Positions 24,616-33,448 of a stretch of DNA of 54,386 nt are shown here, in pieces. The notes under the pieces are model-generated. The model saw only the letters and a program-made list of their open reading frames with translations, made no database searches and had not been told where the DNA came from. Numbering within the stretch: position 1 is the stretch's first letter; the number at the start of each line of letters is the position of its first letter. The stretch covers positions 1 to 54,386 of the forward strand of contig PUKQ01000053.1 in NCBI GenBank assembly GCA_003550565.1, read 5' to 3'. The position numbers were made by a program, and so were the translations under genes. The stretch is from Syntrophomonadaceae bacterium (GTDB taxonomy: Bacteria > Bacillota > Dethiobacteria > DTU022 > PWGO01).

Positions 24616-25659
24616 ATGAAAAAAGGGATAACCAAACCGGTTCAAAAGAAAAAAGCGGCCAAACATGTAAGCGTATTACTGATATTCTTCATGGCTTTGA
24701 CGTTATTTTTTGTTTTGCTGCTGCCGGGATGTACCGGTCCGGAACAAGAAAATAAGCTTATAGAAGAAGAGAAAATTCCCATCCGCATGGCTTATCTTTA
24801 TAATGATCTTCACCAATTGGCCTATTATGTGGCTCAACAAAAAGGTTTCTACGAAGATGCCGGTTTGCAGGTGAAAGAAGCCGGAGTATACGGTTCCGGG
24901 GTGGAGCTAATGGCGGCTTTTCAAGCGGGCAGTCTTGATGCCGGTTATGTGGGGTTGGCGCCTGCTACCGTTGCCGTGGCCAATGGTAAGGCTGAAGTAA
25001 GTGTTGTGGCCCTGGCCAACCAGGTGGGTTCGGCTCTGGTGGTAAGGGATGGCCTGGAAGTAGAAGCGATTGCAGATCTTGAGGGACAAAGGGTGGCCGT
25101 CCCCAATCTTGGGACCGTGCAAGATTTTTTGCTCAACCGGGCCTTGGAAGAAGCCGGCCTAAAAACCACTGCGGTGGAGAAGACCTTTATTTCACCGTCG
25201 GAAATGATTTCCGGCATGGCTTCCGAGGGCATAGAAGCTTGTATAGCCTGGGAACCGTATGTTTCCAAGCTGGTGAACAGGGGGTATGGGCAAGTGCTAT
25301 TATGGTCTCATGAAATTTGGGAGAACCATCCCTGCTGTGTTCTGGCAGTCGATGAGGAATTTTTAAAAAATAACCGCGAGGCGGCAGCATCACTGGTAGA
25401 GGCCCACAATCGGGCTACGGATTTTATTTTGCAAAATAAAGAAGAGGCAAAGGAAATGGCAAAAGATTTTACCGGCCTCTCTGAGGATGTCGTAAAAGAG
25501 GCAATGGAAAATATTGAATTTACCAGCGAACTGGATGCCGAAGAAGCAGAAACATATGCCCGTTACCTGGTGAATCAGGGCTTGGTCGAATTAGAAGATA
25601 CCGCGGCATTTATGTCTGAATTTATCCATGAATCACTCCTGGAGGAGGGAATTAATTGA
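24616..25659 (+). CDS. ABC transporter substrate-binding lipoprotein, NMT1/SsuA/TauA-like
   Basis: Signal peptide with lipobox LLPGC. The periplasmic-binding fold pattern (GSLDAGYVGLAP.., GQRVAVPNLGTVQDF) is typical of the NitT/TauT family. Confidence 0.75.
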   Translation: MKKGITKPVQKKKAAKHVSVLLIFFMALTLFFVLLLPGCTGPEQENKLIEEEKIPIRMAYLYNDLHQLAYYVAQQKGFYEDAGLQVKEAGVYGSGVELMAAFQAGSLDAGYVGLAPATVAVANGKAEVSVVALANQVGSALVVRDGLEVEAIADLEGQRVAVPNLGTVQDFLLNRALEEAGLKTTAVEKTFISPSEMISGMASEGIEACIAWEPYVSKLVNRGYGQVLLWSHEIWENHPCCVLAVDEEFLKNNREAAASLVEAHNRATDFILQNKEEAKEMAKDFTGLSEDVVKEAMENIEFTSELDAEEAETYARYLVNQGLVELEDTAAFMSEFIHESLLEEGIN

Positions 25660-26408
25660 ACCGATGGTTCACCGTGTTATCTCCCCTGGCATTTATAATC
25701 ATCTGGCACGTGGCGGGCACTCTGGGGTGGCTGGGAGATACACCGCTGCCGGCAGAGGTGGCTGTGGCATTGGGCAATTTACTGCGGGGAGAAGACCCAT
25801 TTTTGGGGGAGCTTCTTCGAATTCATGTGGCTGTATCGCTGGTGCGTATTATGGCAGGGTTTGCCCTGGCCGCTCTTTGTGGCATAGGGCTTGGGTTGGC
25901 CATGGGGTGGTTTCCCACGGTGCAAATAGTGATGCGGCCCATTTTGGAAATGCTGCGGCCTATTCCTCCTTTTGCCTGGGTAGTGTTAGCTATTCTCTGG
26001 TTTAGTACCGGCAATGCGCCGGCTATATTTATAACCTTTTTGGGGGCATTTTTCCCGGTGGCGTTAAACACCACTGCCGGCGTAGAAGGAGTTAGTCCGG
26101 TTTTGCGTGAGGCGGCTTCTACCCTGGGAGCTTCTCGGTGGGATTCATTACGCATGGTGGCTATTCCGGCTGCTGTTCCCGAAATATTTACCGGGTTACG
26201 CATAGGGCTTGGAGTAGCCTGGATGAGCTTAATTGCAGCGGAAATGGTAGGAGTGGGAACGCGTGGATTGGGTCTCCTGATTGAAACATCAAAGATGGTC
26301 TGGAGGTTGGATTATGCAGTAGCAGGAATGGTGGTTATTGGATTGGTAGGTTTTTTTCTGGATTTTCTTATGCGCTGGTGGAGCGGATATTTACTGCGCT
26401 GGAGGTAG
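25656..26408 (+). CDS. ABC transporter permease (NitT/TauT family)
   Basis: 250 aa, six hydrophobic segments, and an EAA-like loop (REAASTLGASRWDSLRMVAIPAAVP). The TTG start overlaps the upstream stop. Confidence 0.85.
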   Translation: MNRWFTVLSPLAFIIIWHVAGTLGWLGDTPLPAEVAVALGNLLRGEDPFLGELLRIHVAVSLVRIMAGFALAALCGIGLGLAMGWFPTVQIVMRPILEMLRPIPPFAWVVLAILWFSTGNAPAIFITFLGAFFPVALNTTAGVEGVSPVLREAASTLGASRWDSLRMVAIPAAVPEIFTGLRIGLGVAWMSLIAAEMVGVGTRGLGLLIETSKMVWRLDYAVAGMVVIGLVGFFLDFLMRWWSGYLLRWR

Positions 26409-26414
26409 TTATAG

Positions 26415-27209
26415 ATGGATTCCCAAACAGTTATGAGAATAAAAAACCTTTCCAAAACATTTCCCGGTAGAAAAGGGCTTCCGGAAACGGAAGTCCTGGC
26501 GGGTTTGGATTTTAAAATTTTAGCGGATAAATTTGTATGTATTGTGGGGCCAACCGGTTGTGGAAAAACCACCCTGTTGCGTATCCTGGCCGGGTTAGAA
26601 ACTCCTTCCGCGGGCAATGTGGAATTGGGAGGGGAGGAAGTAAATGGCCCTAATGCCGAGGTGGGATTGGTTTTTCAGGAATTTGCCCTGTTCCCCTGGC
26701 GCAATGTTTTACAAAACGTAACTTTTGGACTGGAATTAACCCGCCGGAATCGCCGGGAAATAATAGAAGAAGCCAGGCATTACCTGGATATGGTAGGAAT
26801 GAGCGGGGTCGAAAAACACTATCCGCGAGAGCTTTCGGGGGGGATGAAACAAAAGGTGGCTATTGCCCGCACCCTTGCATTGCAACCGCGGGTGATCTTA
26901 ATGGATGAACCCTTTGGTTCCCTCGATGCGCAGGCAAGAAACCTGATGCAAGAATTTCTATTGGGTTTACAGGAACGCACCGGCGTGGCCGTGGTTTTTG
27001 TCACCCACAATGTAGATGAAGCAGTATTTCTTGGTTCGGAAGTGATTGTTTTTACAGCCCGCCCGGCAGTAATTAAAAAAGTTTATCATGTAGAATTGGC
27101 GCATCCCCGATGCCGAACCGGGGATAATTTTATTGCCTACAGGAGAGAAATTCTTGAATGCCTGGGTGAAGAAATTAAAACAGCAGAAGAAAATATATTT
27201 GCGGGGTGA
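26415..27209 (+). CDS. ABC transporter ATP-binding protein
   Basis: Walker A GPTGCGKTT, signature LSGGMKQKVAIAR, Walker B ILMDEPFGSLD. Confidence 0.92.
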   Translation: MDSQTVMRIKNLSKTFPGRKGLPETEVLAGLDFKILADKFVCIVGPTGCGKTTLLRILAGLETPSAGNVELGGEEVNGPNAEVGLVFQEFALFPWRNVLQNVTFGLELTRRNRREIIEEARHYLDMVGMSGVEKHYPRELSGGMKQKVAIARTLALQPRVILMDEPFGSLDAQARNLMQEFLLGLQERTGVAVVFVTHNVDEAVFLGSEVIVFTARPAVIKKVYHVELAHPRCRTGDNFIAYRREILECLGEEIKTAEENIFAG

Positions 27210-27219
27210 AATTTGAATC

Positions 27220-28737
27220 ATGTACACCAGAGATCTCAAAACCGAACTTCAAAGTTATGGCCTTCGCTTACCTACCGGAAATCTGAAGGGAAGAAAAGGG
27301 GGAGCCGGGCCTGCGGAAGGGGCAACTTTTTTGATGGGTAACACGGTTGTTAATGTGCCTTTTTTTAGCAGTTATGTGCAGCATTCCCCTTATTGGTTGA
27401 GTGGGCGTGGGGACTCTTCTTATGATCTCTGGTATAACGATTACCGTGTGGAAAAAATGCTGCCGCTGGCGCCTGCACGGGACTTTTACCATAAAAAGAC
27501 CGGGGACGGTTTTTCTTATGAAAAAATTGCCCTCATTCACGGGAAAGACTGCCTGGCCACTACCGTTATGCAAGATTGCATTTATCAGAGACTGAATGAG
27601 GGCTGCAGTTTTTGTGCTATTGAGTTGAGTTTACAAAGAGGGCTGACTATCAGGAGGAAAGAGCCCCAGCAGTTGGCGGAAGTTGCCCGGGAATCAATGC
27701 GTGAGGGAATAACGCATCTACTGCTTACCACCGGAACCTTACCACATAGAAAAGAAGAAGTGCAACACCTGTCAGCATGCGTGAAAGCTTTGAAAGAATC
27801 TACGGGCTTGCCTATACAGGTTCAGTGCTTACCTCCTGAAGATTTTGGTTTGTTGGGGATTTTAAAAGAAGCCGGCGTGGATACCCTGGGTTTGCATATA
27901 GAGAGCCTGGATGAAAATGTTCTGCAGCAGCATGCCCCGTCTAAAGCATCCCTGGGGTGGGAAGGTTTCCAAAATGTATGGTCCGAAGCAGTAAAATTAT
28001 GGGGAAGGGGGCAGGTAACCAGCTATATCATTATGGGCCTGGGAGAAAATTTGGACCGGAGCTTGGAACGTTTGGAAAAAATGGTGGAATTGGGTGTTTA
28101 TCCATACGTAGTTCCCCTGCGCCCTGTGCAAGGGACTATATTAGAAAACAAACTGCCGCCTTCTCCTTCTTTGATGAAACAGGTATATGAATATACTGCG
28201 GAACTACTGTCTGAAGGGGATATGTGTGCCGGGGAAATTGCCGCCGGCTGCGGACGGTGTCGGGCTTGTTCTGCCCTTCCTGACTTTGAGGATGTGGCTA
28301 TAAAAAAGCCTCAAACCACTTGCCGAACTATAGGCAATAAGGAGGAAAAAGCAATGGTTATGGCTCTGAGGCGGCGGGTATTTGTGGATGAACAGGGGCT
28401 TTTTGTGGATACCGATGAAGATGAATATGACCGCAGAGCTTTACACCTGGTGGCCAGTTGTAACAACCGCCTGGTTGGAACCGTTCGCCTCTACCACTGG
28501 GATAAAGGCATCTGGATGGGGGGGAGGCTGGCTGTTTCTCCCGATTATCGCCACAACGGTATAGCCCCGTTGTTGGTTAAAAAGGCGGTGGAATTGGCCC
28601 GTGAGAATGAAGCTTCAAAATTTATGGCCTGGGTGCAAGATCAGCATCAACAATTTTTTCTGCACTTGGGGTGGTGGTATACCGGTAGTAAGAAGCTTAT
28701 TGCCGGCAAGGAGCATTTGCTTATGCAGGCATTTTAA
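27220..28737 (+). CDS. fusion of a non-canonical radical-SAM-like domain (MSMEG_0568-like) and a C-terminal GNAT acetyltransferase (MSMEG_0567/Sll0786-like)
   Basis: 505 aa. N-terminal GRKGGAGP. A Cys triad C120-x8-C129-x2-C132 (CIYQRLNEGCSFC) takes the place of CxxxCxxC. TIM-barrel-like LLLTTGT..LGLHIES..IIMGLGE. A second cluster motif CGRCRAC. The GNAT part reads RRRVFVDEQGLF..LVGTVRLY..WMGGRLAV..YR. The family assignment is from memory. Confidence 0.65.
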   Translation: MYTRDLKTELQSYGLRLPTGNLKGRKGGAGPAEGATFLMGNTVVNVPFFSSYVQHSPYWLSGRGDSSYDLWYNDYRVEKMLPLAPARDFYHKKTGDGFSYEKIALIHGKDCLATTVMQDCIYQRLNEGCSFCAIELSLQRGLTIRRKEPQQLAEVARESMREGITHLLLTTGTLPHRKEEVQHLSACVKALKESTGLPIQVQCLPPEDFGLLGILKEAGVDTLGLHIESLDENVLQQHAPSKASLGWEGFQNVWSEAVKLWGRGQVTSYIIMGLGENLDRSLERLEKMVELGVYPYVVPLRPVQGTILENKLPPSPSLMKQVYEYTAELLSEGDMCAGEIAAGCGRCRACSALPDFEDVAIKKPQTTCRTIGNKEEKAMVMALRRRVFVDEQGLFVDTDEDEYDRRALHLVASCNNRLVGTVRLYHWDKGIWMGGRLAVSPDYRHNGIAPLLVKKAVELARENEASKFMAWVQDQHQQFFLHLGWWYTGSKKLIAGKEHLLMQAF

Positions 28738-28757
28738 TGCGGAAGGGAGGTGCTTAA

Positions 28758-29846
28758 ATGGCTGAAATTGTAGTGGTGGGAGCCGGGCTGGCCGGGTTAA
28801 CTGCTGCTTTTACATGCGCACGCCGGGGGCACAGGGTTACCGTTTGGGAACAATATAATCATATTGGCGGCATTCCGTATTCTCACCCGGCAGTGGATAT
28901 AACCCCCATGGAACCCACTGTATTAGGCGAAGTAATTGGCATGGATTTAGGGCCTCCCCAGATTGTACCTGCAAAAACGGTAGCGTTGTATATATACGGA
29001 AAACGTTATGAAACAGGTGGGGAACATCTTTCCTTGCAGGCGGTGGAAAGAGGGGAAAACCCCTATTCGCTGGATGTCTACCTTTACCAAAAGGCCTGCG
29101 AAGAAGGAGTTAAATTTGAATTTGGGCGGGAAATCAATAGCAACAGCATAGCTGAACTACCCCCTTATTCCATCATTGCCACCGGGTTAAACCCCGAGTT
29201 GTATCAAGCGCTGGAGTTGCCTTCTACCAATGTTTATGGTTACGTAGCCAAGGGAGAAAGCAATGAATCGCCCCGCGTTATCGGTTGGTTCGATGATTAC
29301 ACCCGTGATTATGCCTATTATGCTTCTTCTAACGGCATTACTTTTGGACTTTTGTTTGATCGTAAGCCCATGAATGAGTCGGTAAGGCAGCGTTGGGAAA
29401 AACAGCTTTGGGAACAGGAAGGAATAAAGTTTTCTTCCTGGCATCCACACGAAGGGATAGTTCCCATTAAAACCCCCACTAATCCTCAATTTTTCTGGAA
29501 GGATAAGATATTGGCGGGTACTTTTGCCGGAATGCAAGACCCCGTGATGCTTTTTGGAGTGCACGGGGCTTTATTGTCAGGAAAAATTGCGGCTTTAGCC
29601 GTGGATGATAAAGCCGGGGCCATGAGGCTTTTTCGACGGTTTACCTCTTTCTTCAAGTATTCGTGGATGGTGAAAAAAACAATTTTGGATATACCGCCGC
29701 ATCCGGTGAGAAAAAATTTGCTTAGGCCCATTATCGGGCTTTGGGAAAAATACCCCGAAGAATTGAAATTTAGTATAAATTTTGCCCTGGGAACGATTCC
29801 GGGCTTTAGAACTTTGGGAAAATACCGTAATTTAATTCCTGATTAA
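28758..29846 (+). CDS. FAD/NAD(P)-binding oxidoreductase (geranylgeranyl-reductase-like fold)
   Basis: N-terminal dinucleotide-binding motif IVVVGAGLAGLTAAFTCARRGHRVTVWE. 362 aa. Confidence 0.7.
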   Translation: MAEIVVVGAGLAGLTAAFTCARRGHRVTVWEQYNHIGGIPYSHPAVDITPMEPTVLGEVIGMDLGPPQIVPAKTVALYIYGKRYETGGEHLSLQAVERGENPYSLDVYLYQKACEEGVKFEFGREINSNSIAELPPYSIIATGLNPELYQALELPSTNVYGYVAKGESNESPRVIGWFDDYTRDYAYYASSNGITFGLLFDRKPMNESVRQRWEKQLWEQEGIKFSSWHPHEGIVPIKTPTNPQFFWKDKILAGTFAGMQDPVMLFGVHGALLSGKIAALAVDDKAGAMRLFRRFTSFFKYSWMVKKTILDIPPHPVRKNLLRPIIGLWEKYPEELKFSINFALGTIPGFRTLGKYRNLIPD

Positions 29847-29915
29847 TCTTTAATTAGGTATATAATAGCGGGCAAAATTAACTACTAAATATTATGAAAG
29901 GAGTGAAAAGGTTAA

Positions 29916-31265
29916 ATGGCATTTCGGGATTACTTTCAGGAGGATATGTATTACCGTCAAAATTCCGCAGAAATGAAAGATTTGCAGTTAAGGAAATTGA
30001 GGGAAAGGCTTAAAATCTATAGCGAAAGCTCTCCTTTGGTAAACATGCTTATAGAAAACACGGGGATTAAGCCTGAGGAAGTTACTATGGAACAGTACAA
30101 TGCGGCTGTGCCGGTAATTACTCAAAGAGACGCGGGAGGCAGTAGCTCGGGTTCTGATATTGTAGGAAACAGGGCCGCTCTTTCCGGAGTAGACGAACAG
30201 GATTTTGTCCTCCTTTGTTCTACTTCGGGAACTACAGGTGAGCCATCTCCTTATTTCCTTACCGAAGAAGACCTGCAAGTGACCGCGCATGGATTGGCAC
30301 GAGCTATGTGGATGATCAGCGGTGAATCTGAAGAGGAGCTGCGCAGTTTCCGAGCGGTGCAGGCTTTTGCCTTAAGCATGGTGGGGGCGGGGATGCCTAT
30401 GGTAGAAACCCTTATTCGCCTGGGCATACCGGTTATACCGGTGGGAGCCGAAGGAGGCACGGAACGTATTGTTTATTTTACCCAAAAGCTCCGCGGGAAC
30501 CTGCTTTTTTCCACTCCATCCCTGGCAGAACACATGGCGGAGGTGGAACCCCAAAAAGTTAAAGATTTGGGCTTTAAACGAATTGTTTGCGGCGCGGAGC
30601 CAGGTGCCGGTGTTATAGAAGTGAAGAAAAAGATGGAAGCAGACTACGGTTGTCCGGTAGTGGATGCGATGGGCTTGTTGTGGGGAATGGCCTGGGTATC
30701 CTGCGATCATCCCGAGTACGGAGGGATGCACTTTTTGGCCGATGATTTTCACATTATTCAACTGGTTGATCCGGAAACCCAGGAGAATATTCCTTTTGAA
30801 GACGGTGCTGTGGGACAGTTGGTGCTGGTGCCTTTGGTGGGGTCCCTTCCTCCCATGCGGGCTACTCCCGGTGATTCCGTTCAAGTTTTTACCCAGCCCT
30901 GTAAATGTGGAGTCCCGGGATGGCGGATGAAAGTGGTGGGACGCACAGATGACATGCTCAAAGTTAAAGGGGTAGTAGTATTTCCTGCTGCTATAGATGG
31001 TGTCATAGCCGCCTTTGTCCCGCAGGTGACAGGGGAATTTCGCATAACATTAGATGCTCCTCCCCCTAAAGTGGAGCCCCCCCTTAAATTAAAGGTGGAA
31101 TATGGGGAGAATGTGAAAGAAGAAAGATTGCAGGAACTTGCAGGTGAGATTGCGGAGGAAATGCATAATCGCTTGAAAGTAAGGCCGCAAATTACCTGGG
31201 TAAAGCCTATGAGCCTGGAGAGATCGACTTATAAAACCCGGTTTATAGAAAAAAATTATGAGTAA
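29916..31265 (+). CDS. phenylacetate-CoA ligase (PaaK)/F390-synthetase-like adenylate-forming enzyme
   Basis: 449 aa. AMP-binding motif CSTSGTTGEPSPYF. The C-terminal GRTDDMLKVKGVVVFP motif is typical of the PaaK family. Confidence 0.8.
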   Translation: MAFRDYFQEDMYYRQNSAEMKDLQLRKLRERLKIYSESSPLVNMLIENTGIKPEEVTMEQYNAAVPVITQRDAGGSSSGSDIVGNRAALSGVDEQDFVLLCSTSGTTGEPSPYFLTEEDLQVTAHGLARAMWMISGESEEELRSFRAVQAFALSMVGAGMPMVETLIRLGIPVIPVGAEGGTERIVYFTQKLRGNLLFSTPSLAEHMAEVEPQKVKDLGFKRIVCGAEPGAGVIEVKKKMEADYGCPVVDAMGLLWGMAWVSCDHPEYGGMHFLADDFHIIQLVDPETQENIPFEDGAVGQLVLVPLVGSLPPMRATPGDSVQVFTQPCKCGVPGWRMKVVGRTDDMLKVKGVVVFPAAIDGVIAAFVPQVTGEFRITLDAPPPKVEPPLKLKVEYGENVKEERLQELAGEIAEEMHNRLKVRPQITWVKPMSLERSTYKTRFIEKNYE

Positions 31266-31319
31266 AATATTAAATAGGTCTCAAAATAATGACCTTTTGC
31301 CAATCAAAAAAAGAAAGGA

Positions 31320-32141
31320 GTGATCGAAGTGCCCGAGATTTATGTAAATGATTGGCCGCCTCATGCGCCGGATGATTTGCATAGGCGGGAAGGTGTAGTT
31401 GAGGCGGCTCGCCTCATGCTCAATGCCGCCTACACCGCTCCGGTGGCAGGGGGTGTGGGGCAAATTGAAGCGGTGATTTTGTGGGGAAAGCATGAGCAAG
31501 AAAAGCTGGCCAAGAAAATGGAAGAGATGGCCGCCCATAATCAACATACCAGCAGGCGATTTAAATATGAGGCGGAAATGGTGCGAGAGTCGGATGCCAT
31601 CTTATTGATCGGCGATTACCTGGCTTCTACCTTACCCATTGATGCCGGCTGCGGATTATGCGGAGGTGAGCCTAACTGTTCTTTCCTTTACGAACGCAAA
31701 AAAGTAGTTGCGGGGGGGCAGATAGACCCGACGGAAAGAAACTTTGACAAACTTGTGGATGGGCCAATTTGCCTGGTTCGCTTTCAAGACATGTCTTATG
31801 CTGTGGGCAGCGCACTTTTTATGTCTACGCGCTTATTGGTGGATGCCAGGCCTTACTTTACGGTGGGAGCTGCCGGGCGCCAGTTAGGATATTGTTCGGA
31901 TTCTGGGGTAGTATGTGGAATCCTGATTGCTGCCCAGCAAAAAAATCCTTTTGTGGATATTCCCCAGGATTATCATGTGATTAACATGCGGCGCATGATT
32001 CAAAGTGTCAGGCACTGGTATATTATTAACCGCAATACTGCCGGAGATTATCGTTTCTTTGACCCGAGCGCCGACCTGGAAAAGGAAATGCTACAGCAGC
32101 AACAGGAAGAACAGGCGGAAAAGGAGGGGGATGAGGAATGA
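31320..32141 (+). CDS. DUF2148-like ferredoxin-domain protein (uncharacterised), acidic C-terminal tail
   Basis: 273 aa. Cys motif DAGCGLCGGEPNCSF, analogous to the CGACGF..C motif of the next ORF. Tail QQQQEEQAEKEGDEE. GTG 31329 is an alternative start. Confidence 0.5.
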   Translation: MIEVPEIYVNDWPPHAPDDLHRREGVVEAARLMLNAAYTAPVAGGVGQIEAVILWGKHEQEKLAKKMEEMAAHNQHTSRRFKYEAEMVRESDAILLIGDYLASTLPIDAGCGLCGGEPNCSFLYERKKVVAGGQIDPTERNFDKLVDGPICLVRFQDMSYAVGSALFMSTRLLVDARPYFTVGAAGRQLGYCSDSGVVCGILIAAQQKNPFVDIPQDYHVINMRRMIQSVRHWYIINRNTAGDYRFFDPSADLEKEMLQQQQEEQAEKEGDEE

Positions 32142-32998
32142 GTATTATACCGGTAAATGAAAAATTTACGGAAGAAACATTAATTCAGGTGGGTAGGCTT
32201 TGTGCCCAGGCGGTTTATAAAGCGCCCCAGCTGACGGGAAGGGTTAGCTTTACTTGCAACCTGGTAACCGGGGAAGACTTGAAGTATATTACGGAAGCCT
32301 TTCAAATCCTTTTCCGCCTTGAAATGTACCATTTACCCAGCCTTTTTTGTTACCGGGATGCTATGGATAAGGGAGAGCCGCTGGTCTTACTGCTGGTGGG
32401 CACTAAAGACCTTAATCATTCGGAGCTAAACTGGGATTGCGGTGCTTGCGGTTTTGACACCTGTGGGGAATTTAACCGCTATACCCGCAAAAAATTGAAG
32501 GAACCTTCTTATCCGGGAATGTTGCAGGGACAGGGGCCTTGCTGTGCCTGGAAGCTCATGGACTTTTCCCTTGCCAATGACTGGGCAGCAGCTGTGGCCT
32601 GGCAGCACAATGTTACCAACCGGGTAGAGGTAGCCAGCGGACAGGCTGCTCTGGCAGTAGGTATGATGGAAGGTTGCACTACAGTATTGGGCCTTCCCCT
32701 GGGGCCCCGTCATGAACTTTATTGGTACTCCCGCCGCGGTTTTGATACAGCTTTGCCTTATAAAAGATGGTTAAATACCATGCAGTTGAATTATCCTCAC
32801 CACTGGGGAACCTTTAAAGGATCGGGCCGCCCCGAGATTAAAAAAGGAAATCGCTGGTGGGAAGATATGTATGAAGCTAAACTGGAAGAAATGGATGTGC
32901 AGGAGCTTGTGGAAAGTAGAAAAGATGTAGAGGAGGATTTACGGGAGTTGAGGGAACAGCGCATGGCTGATCTTAAAAAACGCGCGGAACAGGATTAA
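32138..32998 (+). CDS. DUF2148-like ferredoxin-domain protein (uncharacterised)
   Basis: 286 aa. NWDCGACGFDTCGEF matches the motif I recall for the DUF2148/COG4739 family. ATGA-coupled to the upstream paralogue. Charged coiled tail. Confidence 0.55.
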   Translation: MSIIPVNEKFTEETLIQVGRLCAQAVYKAPQLTGRVSFTCNLVTGEDLKYITEAFQILFRLEMYHLPSLFCYRDAMDKGEPLVLLLVGTKDLNHSELNWDCGACGFDTCGEFNRYTRKKLKEPSYPGMLQGQGPCCAWKLMDFSLANDWAAAVAWQHNVTNRVEVASGQAALAVGMMEGCTTVLGLPLGPRHELYWYSRRGFDTALPYKRWLNTMQLNYPHHWGTFKGSGRPEIKKGNRWWEDMYEAKLEEMDVQELVESRKDVEEDLRELREQRMADLKKRAEQD

Positions 32999-33024
32999 AA
33001 ATAAAAAATTTAGGAGGGATTTTT

Positions 33025-33441
33025 ATGCCTGTTTTTCCGAGTTATGAATGGATGGAAACTTTGGTGGAGATGCTTAATGCTAACGAGGAATATAAAAAGG
33101 CGGCAGCCACTTACGAAGGTGTAATGGCTCTGTTGATTAAAGCGGAAGAGGGCAAATTAGAAGAAGACATGTTGGGTTATGTGCATCCTTATCATGGAAA
33201 GATTATTGATTATGGCATTTGGGATGATTTAGAAGGTAAAGATCCCATGTTTATCATCTATGCACCTTATTCAACGTGGAAAAGCGTGGTTAAGGGAGAA
33301 ATTGATCCTATGGGGGCTATAATGAAAGGAAAAATTAAAATCAAAGGAGATATGGCTCAACTGCTAAAAAGAACGCAGGGTTCCCAGATAATGATGGAGG
33401 CCATGAAACAATTAGACACCCAGTTTATTGATGAAACTTAA
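33025..33441 (+). CDS. SCP2 lipid-binding domain protein (paralogue of 15820-16236)
   Basis: 138 aa. YSTWKSVVKGEIDPMGAIMKGKIKIKGD, C-terminal DTQFIDET. AGGAGGG SD. Confidence 0.7.
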   Translation: MPVFPSYEWMETLVEMLNANEEYKKAAATYEGVMALLIKAEEGKLEEDMLGYVHPYHGKIIDYGIWDDLEGKDPMFIIYAPYSTWKSVVKGEIDPMGAIMKGKIKIKGDMAQLLKRTQGSQIMMEAMKQLDTQFIDET

Positions 33442-33448
33442 ATTTTGA

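Noticed and set aside
24616-27209. ABC transporter as a tungstate (TupABC) or molybdate importer serving the AOR.
   Set aside because: The binding protein is a 347-aa NMT1/SsuA-like lipoprotein, and the permease and ATPase are of the NitT/TauT type. This is not the shorter TupA/ModA type. The substrate remains unknown.
27220-28737. Radical-SAM/GNAT fusion as a bacterial Elp3 (tRNA wobble-uridine modification).
   Set aside because: Elp3 has a canonical CxxxCxxC motif and a different N-terminus. This protein has GRKGGAGP and Cx8CxxC, and it sits next to flavoprotein and AIR-synthase-like genes. This still needs an HMM check.
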